DNA from: Syntrophomonadaceae bacterium
GTDB taxonomy: Bacteria > Bacillota > Dethiobacteria > DTU022 > UBA8154
Direction: 5' to 3'
Assembly (NCBI GenBank): GCA_003556225.1
Contig: PWRN01000041.1
Location: 7,209 to 71,208, forward strand
DNA: 64,000 bases
The notes below the pieces were generated by a model. The model was given only the letters and a program-made list of their open reading frames with translations, was not told the DNA's origin and searched no databases. This document shows positions 9,590 to 17,287 of the stretch, piece after piece. The number at the start of each line of letters is the position of its first letter. Position 1 is the first letter of the stretch. A program made the translations under genes and the position numbers.

Positions 9590-10606
9590 ATGGAAAGTTT
9601 GAAACTAAGCAAAGAGAAACTTGGTGATTTTGTTTCCAAGTTGACCGACAAGGAACTGCTTGTGCCCCAGAAGGAAGGGGAGGCCTTGAAGTTTGCCCCC
9701 CTTGCAGGCGAAGATATGCCTGAACTGGATTATGAAAATACCAGTGTGCCGCCGAAAAATGCTGTTTTTCCCCATACGGAGACGATGCTCCAGTTTGAAC
9801 TGGGGAAAATGGATATGCAGGTGGCTGCTGGCGATGAAAAGGAAAAGGTGCTCCTGGGTGTGAGGCCCTGCGACGCCCGGGCCATGGTGATCATCGACAA
9901 CCTGTTCACCTGGGATGTGGACGATCCATACTACGTGGATAAAAGGGAAAAATCAACCGTGGTGGGATTGGCTTGCCATGAACCCTGCAGTAACTGTTTT
10001 TGCACCTCCGTGGGGGGCGGCCCGGCTTCCACCGAGGGTCTGGATGTGCTTTTGACGGATCTGGGAGACAGTTACCTGGTCCAGCCCCTTTCGGAAAAAG
10101 GAGAAGTCCTTTGCCAGGCCGGTGCCGATGTCCTGGAAAAAGCCTCGGATGCCGACATTCAAGGGGCTGAGAAAGCCCACGAAGAGGCCGCGAATAAGAT
10201 CTCTCGCCACATCGATACCGCTGGCATTCCAGAAAACCTTCCTTCCTTGTGGGAGCATGAATTGTGGGAAGAGGTTTCCCGTTCCTGTCTGGGCTGCGGT
10301 ATCTGCACCTTCCTTTGCCCCCCCTGCCACTGCTTTGATATGCAGGATGAAGTGGAGGGCTTCGAAGGCCGGAGATGCCGGACCTGGGATTCCTGCATGT
10401 TTTCGGAATACACCATGCATGCTTCCGGGCATAATCCCCGGCATTCTCGCCGGGAACGTACCCGCAACCGGATCAATCACAAGTATTCCTATTACGTGGA
10501 CAAGTTTGATGTCATCGCCTGCGTGGGTTGTGGCCGGTGCATCAACCTTTGCCCGGTCAACATCGATATTCTCGACATTCTATCAAAGGTCAGGGAGGCA
10601 CTATGA
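9590..10606 (+). CDS. AsrA/HydB-like iron-sulfur protein (FlxB-like; anaerobic sulfite reductase subunit A family)
   Basis: Can be aligned by eye to Salmonella AsrA: …HTETMLQFE…VLLGVRPCDARAM…CSNCFC…CLGCGICTFLCPPCHCFD…RCRTWDSCMF…CVGCGRCINLCP; ATG 9590 lies after RBS AGAGGTGGG. Confidence 0.65.
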   Translation: MESLKLSKEKLGDFVSKLTDKELLVPQKEGEALKFAPLAGEDMPELDYENTSVPPKNAVFPHTETMLQFELGKMDMQVAAGDEKEKVLLGVRPCDARAMVIIDNLFTWDVDDPYYVDKREKSTVVGLACHEPCSNCFCTSVGGGPASTEGLDVLLTDLGDSYLVQPLSEKGEVLCQAGADVLEKASDADIQGAEKAHEEAANKISRHIDTAGIPENLPSLWEHELWEEVSRSCLGCGICTFLCPPCHCFDMQDEVEGFEGRRCRTWDSCMFSEYTMHASGHNPRHSRRERTRNRINHKYSYYVDKFDVIACVGCGRCINLCPVNIDILDILSKVREAL

Positions 10607-11451
10607 GAGAGAACGGCAATCCGTATAAACCGCATGTAGCATCCATTGAAGATGCCTGGTACGAAACCTACGGAGATCGCGCCATTAAAACGTTTAAAGT
10701 CGTCTTCGATGATGAGGAAATCAAGGAAAGTTGGGAGCATCGTCCGGGCCAGTGCGCCATGATCGGGCTGCCGGGCGTGGGCGAAAGCATGATCTCTATT
10801 TCCTCTTCCCCCACGGAAGGAAAATTCTTACGGTTTTCCGTCATGCGGATGGGTAAAGTAACCCAGGCGTTGCACGAGCTGGAGCCGGGGGATAAAATAA
10901 CCGTTCGCGGCCCTTACGGGAACAGCTTCCCCGTAGACGAATGGAAAGGGAAAAAGATCATTACCATCGGTGGTGGGATTGGTCAGGCGCCGCTGCGGCC
11001 CATTATCGAGTATGTCAAAGCAAACCGCGCTGACTATGAGGATCTCACGATTATTTACGGGTCCAGGACATCGGGCGATCTTTGCTTCAAGGGTGAACTG
11101 GAAGAAGTGACCAGCACAGATGATGTGAGTTGCCACCTTTCCATCGACGTGGAAGAGGAGAACTGGCAGCATTACGTGGGTTTTGTTCCCTCTTTGTTGA
11201 TGGAAGTCAATCCATCGCCAGAAAATGCCATTGCCATTACCTGCGGCCCGCCGATCATGATTCGCTTTGTCCTGGAAAACCTGAAGAAGCTGAATTTCGA
11301 AGATGAGCAGATCTACACCACCCTGGAAAACCGTATGAAGTGCGGAATTGGCAAATGCGGCCGCTGTAATGCCGGCAACCTCTATGTCTGCAAAGATGGC
11401 CCTGTCTTCAACTACGCAACCTTAAAGCAGGTCCCGGAATCCTTTGCCTGA
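10603..11451 (+). CDS. AsrB/HydG/PyrK-like NAD(P)H:FAD oxidoreductase with a C-terminal [2Fe-2S] site (FlxA-like)
   Basis: The ATG overlaps the upstream stop (ATGA); FAD/NAD-binding ferredoxin-reductase fold (RPGQCAM…ITIGGGIGQAPL…CGPPIM) and C-terminal CGIGKCGRCNAG. Confidence 0.7.
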   Translation: MRENGNPYKPHVASIEDAWYETYGDRAIKTFKVVFDDEEIKESWEHRPGQCAMIGLPGVGESMISISSSPTEGKFLRFSVMRMGKVTQALHELEPGDKITVRGPYGNSFPVDEWKGKKIITIGGGIGQAPLRPIIEYVKANRADYEDLTIIYGSRTSGDLCFKGELEEVTSTDDVSCHLSIDVEEENWQHYVGFVPSLLMEVNPSPENAIAITCGPPIMIRFVLENLKKLNFEDEQIYTTLENRMKCGIGKCGRCNAGNLYVCKDGPVFNYATLKQVPESFA

Positions 11452-11483
11452 TCCTTGCAGGAGAGGGTCCAGGAGGTTATTTT

Positions 11484-11523
11484 AAGCAGGCTGTCTCCAG
11501 TCAGGGAGGTAGCCTGCTTTTTC
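11484..11523 (+). terminator. rho-independent terminator ending the hdr-etf-flx operon
   Basis: AAGCAGGCT-n18-AGCCTGCTTTTTC: GC-rich hairpin plus a U-run, 30 nt after the flxA-like stop. Confidence 0.6.
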
Positions 11524-11697
11524 GGTGGGGTGCTGCGCCGCGTGGAATATCCCTTGCAGCAAGAGAACTTGCGGGTGGATGGTGCCACAAGTAGAAGATG
11601 ATCAACCGGATCTAACCGGTTTGCGGTTGAAAGCTGCCGGAGCGGTTCACAGTGCCTTACGCCCGGTTGGTAGTAATTCGCTCCTTGCGCTATGCCC

Positions 11698-11726
11698 TTG
11701 ATTTTTGCTGCGGTAGGCCCTATACT
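11698..11726 (+). promoter_or_regulatory. sigma-A type promoter (TTGATT-17-TATACT) for the rseC-like gene
   Basis: hexamers with 17-nt spacing read directly, about 65 nt upstream of ATG 11790. Confidence 0.5.
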
Positions 11727-11789
11727 ATAAATAATCTCAGCATTGTTTAGCTGGTATGAACTGATCTTCACGGGGGATGTGAACCGGAG

Positions 11790-12296
11790 ATGGAACAGTA
11801 TGGACAGGTTGTGGATCAAACGGGTCATCAGAGGGCCCTGGTGCGGGTGAGACAGCACCTTTCCTGTGCCAGTTGCGGCAAGTGTGGCGGCACGTTTTTG
11901 GGTGATCCCGGCAAGCGGAGTGATAACCTGGTCGAGGTCTTAAACCCCATTGGCGCGGGAAAAGGAGCACTGGTGCGGCTGGAAGCCCGGCCGAGCGAAA
12001 TGATCCTGGCCGCTTTTCTTTTGTATATCCTTCCTCTCCTGGTCCTGCTGGCGGGCCTTTTTACCGGCAGAAATCTTGCGGCCAGCCAGGGATTTGCTGG
12101 ACACCCCGACCTTTGGGGAGCGATCCTTGGCGGTGTGCTTATGGTTGTTGTTTTCGCGGTACTCAAAGCCAAGGATGCCCAATTTTCAAGCAGCAAGCGC
12201 TTTAAAGCGGTGATTACGGCCGTAATCGACGAAGATGATATCCCCAAAGATTTTCTGCCGGAAAAAGGCGGCGGAGATCAAGAGTGCGAGGATTAA
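11790..12296 (+). CDS. RseC/MucC-family membrane protein (SoxR-reducing system RseC-like)
   Basis: 168 aa; N-terminal G-x-V-x…RxSaCxSCxxCGG motif (…RQHLSCASCGKCGG…) followed by two hydrophobic helices; RBS GGAG. Confidence 0.6.
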   Translation: MEQYGQVVDQTGHQRALVRVRQHLSCASCGKCGGTFLGDPGKRSDNLVEVLNPIGAGKGALVRLEARPSEMILAAFLLYILPLLVLLAGLFTGRNLAASQGFAGHPDLWGAILGGVLMVVVFAVLKAKDAQFSSSKRFKAVITAVIDEDDIPKDFLPEKGGGDQECED

Positions 12297-12359
12297 AGAT
12301 TGTGCGGGTGGTTGTTTCCCTACGGGATAAGACTGCCGATCTCCCCGCCCGGGGTATGA

Positions 12360-12388
12360 TTGCAAATAATACCCGGTTGTGTTAAAAT
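12360..12388 (+). promoter_or_regulatory. sigma-A type promoter (TTGCAA-17-TAAAAT) for the lys leader
   Basis: read directly. Confidence 0.5.
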
Positions 12389-12394
12389 ACCTTG

Positions 12395-12610
12395 CAAATT
12401 CAATAATGCCTCATCTCTCTCAGGCAGCGGGGTGGGGTAGAGGTGCGGTTGGCAAAGAGTATGGCCGGGGAAAGTCGGTCCTTGATGATCCGGGCAAAAA
12501 GGGGCCGCCGCCGAAGTTTTTGGTGGAAGACCGCGGGCCAAAAACTGGTTTGCCAGTGAACAACTGGTAAATTGTCACCCGTCGGAAAGGCCCGTTTCCC
12601 GGGTGGAGCG
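12395..12610 (+). promoter_or_regulatory. candidate lysine riboswitch (L-box) in the leader of lysA-dapF-dapL-asd-lysC
   Basis: 330-nt untranslated leader before lysA containing L-box-like blocks GGUAGAGGUGCGG, GGGGAAAG, GCCGCCGAAG, AUUGUCACCCGUCGG; followed by a hairpin plus U-run (~12640-12692) that could act as the terminator expression platform. Confidence 0.55.
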
Positions 12611-12716
12611 CTATCTCGCTTTGGGCACTTAGAGGGTTGCTTTTGCTGTATAAAGCGGTTGGCGGATTTGCTGTCAGCCGTTTTTTGTTTAATTATTTCC
12701 CCAGGGAGGTAGAGGT

Positions 12717-14021
12717 ATGATACTGGCTGGATCCATGGAGATCAACACCAAAGGGAACCTGGAAATTGGAGGCTGCGATACCGTTGAGCTTGCCAGGCAG
12801 TTTGGCACACCTTTATTCGTCATGGATGAAGCGCTCATCCGGAACAACTGCCGGCGCTACGTGAACGCGTTGAAAACCCATTATCCCAGGGGGATGGTCC
12901 TTTTTGCCGGCAAGGCGTTTCTAACCCTGGCCATGTCCCGGCTGATCCAGGAGGAGAACATGGGGATGGATGTGGTCTCGGGGGGGGAACTCTTCACCGC
13001 TGTGAATGCAGATTTTCCGGCCGAGCGGATCTATTTTCACGGGAACAACAAATCCACCCGGGAACTGATCGATGCGATCAAGCTGGGCGTAGGCCGGATT
13101 GTCGTGGACAGCGTGCCGGAGTTGGAAGAAATTAGGGAACTGGCGGTCCAATTCGCAGAAAACAAGGTGGCGGTGCTCCTGCGGGTGAAACCGGGCGTGG
13201 AAGCCCATACCCACGATTTTATCCGGACGGGACAGGAGGATTCCAAGTTCGGTTTTGGGATCGAGGACAACAGCGCCCGGGAGGCCGTGGAGCTTTGTCT
13301 CCAGGCGGCGGATATCATTGACCTGGCTGGCTTCCACTGCCACATCGGTTCGCAGATCTTTCAGTTGGAACCTTTCTCTGTTGCTGCACAAATCATGGTT
13401 GAATTCATGGCCGGGGTGAGGGAGCAGACGGGTTTTGTTGCCAGGGAACTGGACCTGGGCGGTGGCCTTGGCATCCGTTATCAGAGAGAGGATAAGCCTC
13501 CGTCCATTGAAAGATTCGTGGAGAACCTGGCGCTGAGCTTGAAGAGCGCCCTGCAGAAATGGGACTACCCCCTGCCGGAGCTTTTACTGGAACCGGGCCG
13601 TTCCATCACCGGAGAGGCCGGGGTAACCCTTTACACCGTGGGTGTGATCAAAGATGTGCCCGGCATTCGCCGCTACGTGTCGGTGGACGGGGGAATGATG
13701 GACAATATCCGTCCGGCCCTCTACCAGGCCCAATACGAGGCGGCAATTTGCAATAAGATGACCCGGGAACCTGGAGAAATAGTCACCCTGGCCGGTAAGG
13801 CCTGCGAGTCGGGCGATATTTTAATTAAAGACATTGAGCTTCCGGCAGCGGAAAGCGGGGATATCGTGGCGGTATTCAGCACCGGGGCGTATTGTTATTC
13901 CATGAGCAGCAACTACAACCGGAATCCCCGCCCGGCGGTCATCTTTGTTCGTGATGGTGAGCCGAGGATCGTTGTGCGGCGGGAGTCCTACGAGGATCTG
14001 ATCGCGCTGGATGTGCTGTAA
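12717..14021 (+). CDS. lysA: diaminopimelate decarboxylase
   Basis: 434 aa; Orn/DAP/Arg decarboxylase family 2 (…ESGD…, …GAYCYSMSSNYN…); RBS GGGAGGTAGAGG. Confidence 0.9.
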   Translation: MILAGSMEINTKGNLEIGGCDTVELARQFGTPLFVMDEALIRNNCRRYVNALKTHYPRGMVLFAGKAFLTLAMSRLIQEENMGMDVVSGGELFTAVNADFPAERIYFHGNNKSTRELIDAIKLGVGRIVVDSVPELEEIRELAVQFAENKVAVLLRVKPGVEAHTHDFIRTGQEDSKFGFGIEDNSAREAVELCLQAADIIDLAGFHCHIGSQIFQLEPFSVAAQIMVEFMAGVREQTGFVARELDLGGGLGIRYQREDKPPSIERFVENLALSLKSALQKWDYPLPELLLEPGRSITGEAGVTLYTVGVIKDVPGIRRYVSVDGGMMDNIRPALYQAQYEAAICNKMTREPGEIVTLAGKACESGDILIKDIELPAAESGDIVAVFSTGAYCYSMSSNYNRNPRPAVIFVRDGEPRIVVRRESYEDLIALDVL

Positions 14022-14049
14022 CCATCCTTTGAGGAAGGGGGTAATCGTA

Positions 14050-14886
14050 TTGGATTTTACCAAGATGCACGGCCTCGGCAATGATTTTATCATTGTCGAC
14101 AACCTGGAAGGCCTGTATTCACCTGAAGAGATGGCGGGAAAAGCCCCCCGGTTGTGTCACCGCAATTTCGGGATCGGCGGGGATGGGTTGGTCCTGTTGA
14201 ACCGGTCTGAAGCAGCGGCTTTCCAGATGCAGATTTTTAACCCTGATGGCAGTGAAGCAGAAATGTGCGGGAATGCGATCCGTTGCCTGGGCAAGTACGT
14301 CTGGGAGCGCAAGCTGATCCAGGAAGAGGCCGTGGCTTTTGAAACGGGGGCGGGCGTGAAAGAGGTCCTCTTACATATCGAGGAGGGCAGCGTGCAGTCC
14401 GTCCGGGTGAAGATGGGCCAACCTGTGATGGAAAGCGACCGGGTTCCCCTGGAGGGGCCCCGGCGGAAAGCGGTTAACGAGCCCATCAAGGTCGGTGACA
14501 GGAAGTTTGAGTTTACGGCCGTAAGCATGGGTAACCCCCACTGCGTGATTTTCCTGGATGCCGTGGAAGCGTTCCCCTGGAAAACCTGGGGTGCGGAGCT
14601 GGAAAACCACTCCTTGTTTCCACGGCGAACCAACGTGGAATTCGTGGAAGTGCTGGGGCCCGGCGAGATCCGGGTCAAGGTGTGGGAACGGGGAGCCGGT
14701 CCCACCCTGGCCTGTGGAACCGGGGCGTGTGCGGCTACCGTGGCGGGAGTGGTTACGGGCCGCTTGCGGGAGAAGGTGGCGGTGCACCTGCCCGGGGGGA
14801 CGCTGCAGATCCACTGGGAAGACAGGGGAACGGTCTTCATGGAGGGTCCAGCGGAGGAAGTTTTCCACGGAGAAATCAAGCTCTAA
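14050..14886 (+). CDS. dapF: diaminopimelate epimerase
   Basis: MDFTKMHGLGNDFIIVD… matches the DapF N-terminus (E. coli MQFSKMHGLGNDF); second active-site region GNPHCVIF; start TTG 14050 (ORF track 14011 overlaps lysA). Confidence 0.85.
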   Translation: MDFTKMHGLGNDFIIVDNLEGLYSPEEMAGKAPRLCHRNFGIGGDGLVLLNRSEAAAFQMQIFNPDGSEAEMCGNAIRCLGKYVWERKLIQEEAVAFETGAGVKEVLLHIEEGSVQSVRVKMGQPVMESDRVPLEGPRRKAVNEPIKVGDRKFEFTAVSMGNPHCVIFLDAVEAFPWKTWGAELENHSLFPRRTNVEFVEVLGPGEIRVKVWERGAGPTLACGTGACAATVAGVVTGRLREKVAVHLPGGTLQIHWEDRGTVFMEGPAEEVFHGEIKL

Positions 14887-15019
14887 AGCTCATCACGGGA
14901 ACCGGGCCGGGGGCCCTGGGAGAGGTTCCCGTGGGTTGCTCCCTTGCCCCCCTTGTAAGTGTTTGCAGGGGTGAGGGGAGTCAGCTTGCCAGATCGTTAA
15001 TTAAAGGAGGCAATGCCCT

Positions 15020-16201
15020 GTGAAGGAACTCACGTCGGAAAGAATTCGACAACTGCCCCGTTACTTGTTTGCCGAGATTGACAAAAAAATTCGCGAAGCC
15101 GTCGCCAAAGGCGTAGATGTAATCAAGCTGGGGATCGGGGATCCCGATACCCCGACACCGGACTACATTATTGCCCGGATGCAGGAAGAAGTAACCAAGG
15201 CGCACAACCACACGTATCCCCCCGATGAGGGACTCAAGGAGTTCCGTGACGCGGTGGCTGCGTATTACCAGAAAAGGCACAACGTCGACCTGGACCCGGA
15301 TACGGAGGTCCTGCCCCTGATCGGTTCCAAAGAAGGCATCGCCCACATTTCCTATTGCTTCACCGACCCTGGAGATGTCAACCTGATTCCGGACCCGGGC
15401 TACCCGGTTTACGGCATCGGGACAAAGTTTGCCGGGGGTATGCCGCACTTGATGCCCCTGGTCAAAGAAAACGACTTTCTGCCGATGTTTGACCAGGTCC
15501 CCGGCGACGTGGCTCGTAAAAGCAAGTTGATGTTCTTGAATTATCCCAACAACCCCACCGGCGCAGTGGCCACCCGGGAATTTTTCCAGGAAGCCGTGGA
15601 GTTTGCCAGAAAATTTAACCTGATTATTTGCCACGATGCCGCCTACAGTGAAGTGGCCTTCGATGATTACGAACCGCTGAGCTTCCTTGAAGTCGACGGG
15701 AGCAAAGACGTGGCCATTGAGTTTGGTTCACTTTCCAAGACCTTTAACATGACCGGCTGGAGGATCGGTTATGCCGTGGGCTCCCGCCAGGCGATCGAAG
15801 CCCTCTACCGCTTTAAGACCAACGTAGATTCGGGTCTCTTCAAGGCCATCCAGTATGTCGGCGTCGAGGCCCTGAGCAACCCCAAGATGGAGTCTTTTGT
15901 CAAAGGGCTAAGGGAGATGTACCGCGAAAGGCGGGATGTGGTGATCCAGGGGCTGCGCCAGGCGGGCTGGCCCATTGAACCGCCCCGGGGAACCTTTTAT
16001 GTTTGGGCCCCTGTCCCCCGAGGGTATACCTCCCAGGATTTTGTGGCTCACCTGCTGGAAGAAACGGGCGTGGTGGTGACCCCGGGTCGGGGATTCGGCG
16101 AGCACGGCGAAGGATATTTCCGCATCGCCCTTACCGTCGACAAGGAGCGGATGTGCGAGGCCATGGAACGAATTCAAGCCACAGTTCAATTCACCTCGTA
16201 A
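15020..16201 (+). CDS. dapL: LL-diaminopimelate aminotransferase (DapL-type class I aminotransferase)
   Basis: 393 aa; IKLGIGDPDTPTP motif and PLP-lysine region SLSKTFNMTGWRIGY; sits in the lysine/DAP operon between dapF and asd. Confidence 0.65.
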   Translation: MKELTSERIRQLPRYLFAEIDKKIREAVAKGVDVIKLGIGDPDTPTPDYIIARMQEEVTKAHNHTYPPDEGLKEFRDAVAAYYQKRHNVDLDPDTEVLPLIGSKEGIAHISYCFTDPGDVNLIPDPGYPVYGIGTKFAGGMPHLMPLVKENDFLPMFDQVPGDVARKSKLMFLNYPNNPTGAVATREFFQEAVEFARKFNLIICHDAAYSEVAFDDYEPLSFLEVDGSKDVAIEFGSLSKTFNMTGWRIGYAVGSRQAIEALYRFKTNVDSGLFKAIQYVGVEALSNPKMESFVKGLREMYRERRDVVIQGLRQAGWPIEPPRGTFYVWAPVPRGYTSQDFVAHLLEETGVVVTPGRGFGEHGEGYFRIALTVDKERMCEAMERIQATVQFTS

Positions 16202-16249
16202 CGACGCGTAAGCATGGAATACAGACCATGAGAAAAGGAGCGAATAGCT

Positions 16250-17269
16250 ATGGCGGGCTATAATGTAGCCATCGTCGGCGTAACGGGTAATGTGGGCCAG
16301 GTTTTGATCGAAGTGTTGCTTGAAAGGAAGTTTCCGGTAAAAGGATGGAAGCTTCTAGCTTCTGCACGGTCAGTCGATAAGGTCATCCGCATTGATGGGA
16401 AAGACTACCCGGTGGAAGAGGCCAGGCCGGGGGCTTTCTCCGGGATTGATTACGCGTTTTTTAGCGCCGGGGGTGATATCAGTAAAGACCTGGCTCCCGA
16501 GGCGGTGAGGAAGGGTGCAGTGGTAGTTGATAACAGCAGTGCCTTCCGCATGGACCCCGATGTTCCCCTGGTCGTGCCTGAAGTGAACCCGGAAGCCGCG
16601 AAAGGCCACAAGGGGCTGATTGCCAACCCCAACTGCTCGACCATCCAGATGGTTGTGGCGCTGCAGCCCCTGCACCTGGCTGCAGGGCTGAAGCGGGTTG
16701 TCGTGGCAACCTACCAGTCTGTTTCCGGGGCCGGGAAAGAAGCCATCGATGAGCTGTTGGAACAGAGCCGCGCAATTTTGGAAGACCGGGAGTTCGTGAA
16801 AGAGCGTATCCCCTACAAAGGTGCGGCCAAAAACCACCAGATCGCCTTTAACATGGTCCCGCATATTGATGTATTTGAAGAAGATGACTACACCAAGGAA
16901 GAAATGAAAATGGTGCGGGAAACCCGTAAAATAATGGGCATTCCCGGGCTGCCCATTACGGCGACCACGGTTCGCGTACCCGTTGTCAACGGGCACAGCG
17001 AAGCGGTCAACGTGGAGCTGCAGGCGCCGCTGTCCCCGGAAAAAGCCCGGGATATCCTGGAGAAAGCTCCGGGCATCGTGGTTTGGGACCAGCCGGCAGA
17101 ACTGCTCTACCCTATGCCCATCGATACGGCAGGTCGGGATGAAGTTTTCATTGGTCGGATCCGGGTAGACCGGTCGGTGCCGCATGGGCTGAACATGTGG
17201 GTTGTGGCGGATAACATTCGCAAAGGCGCAGCAACCAATTCCATCCAGATTGCAGAACTCTTGATCTAG
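16250..17269 (+). CDS. asd: aspartate-semialdehyde dehydrogenase
   Basis: 339 aa; N-terminal VAIVGVTGNVGQ Rossmann fold and active-site NPNCSTI. Confidence 0.9.
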   Translation: MAGYNVAIVGVTGNVGQVLIEVLLERKFPVKGWKLLASARSVDKVIRIDGKDYPVEEARPGAFSGIDYAFFSAGGDISKDLAPEAVRKGAVVVDNSSAFRMDPDVPLVVPEVNPEAAKGHKGLIANPNCSTIQMVVALQPLHLAAGLKRVVVATYQSVSGAGKEAIDELLEQSRAILEDREFVKERIPYKGAAKNHQIAFNMVPHIDVFEEDDYTKEEMKMVRETRKIMGIPGLPITATTVRVPVVNGHSEAVNVELQAPLSPEKARDILEKAPGIVVWDQPAELLYPMPIDTAGRDEVFIGRIRVDRSVPHGLNMWVVADNIRKGAATNSIQIAELLI

Positions 17270-17287
17270 AGAAATGGAGAAAAATCA

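Noticed and set aside
9590-11451. Interpretation as anaerobic sulfite reductase AsrAB
   Set aside because: No AsrC (siroheme) gene. The context is Hdr/MvhD/Etf. Better explained as a Flx/sulfhydrogenase-like NAD(P)H module.
12379-12570. Small ORFs inside the lys leader (12379..12570 +, 12320..12541 -)
   Set aside because: They lie within the candidate riboswitch aptamer, with no RBS. This is most likely non-coding RNA structure.
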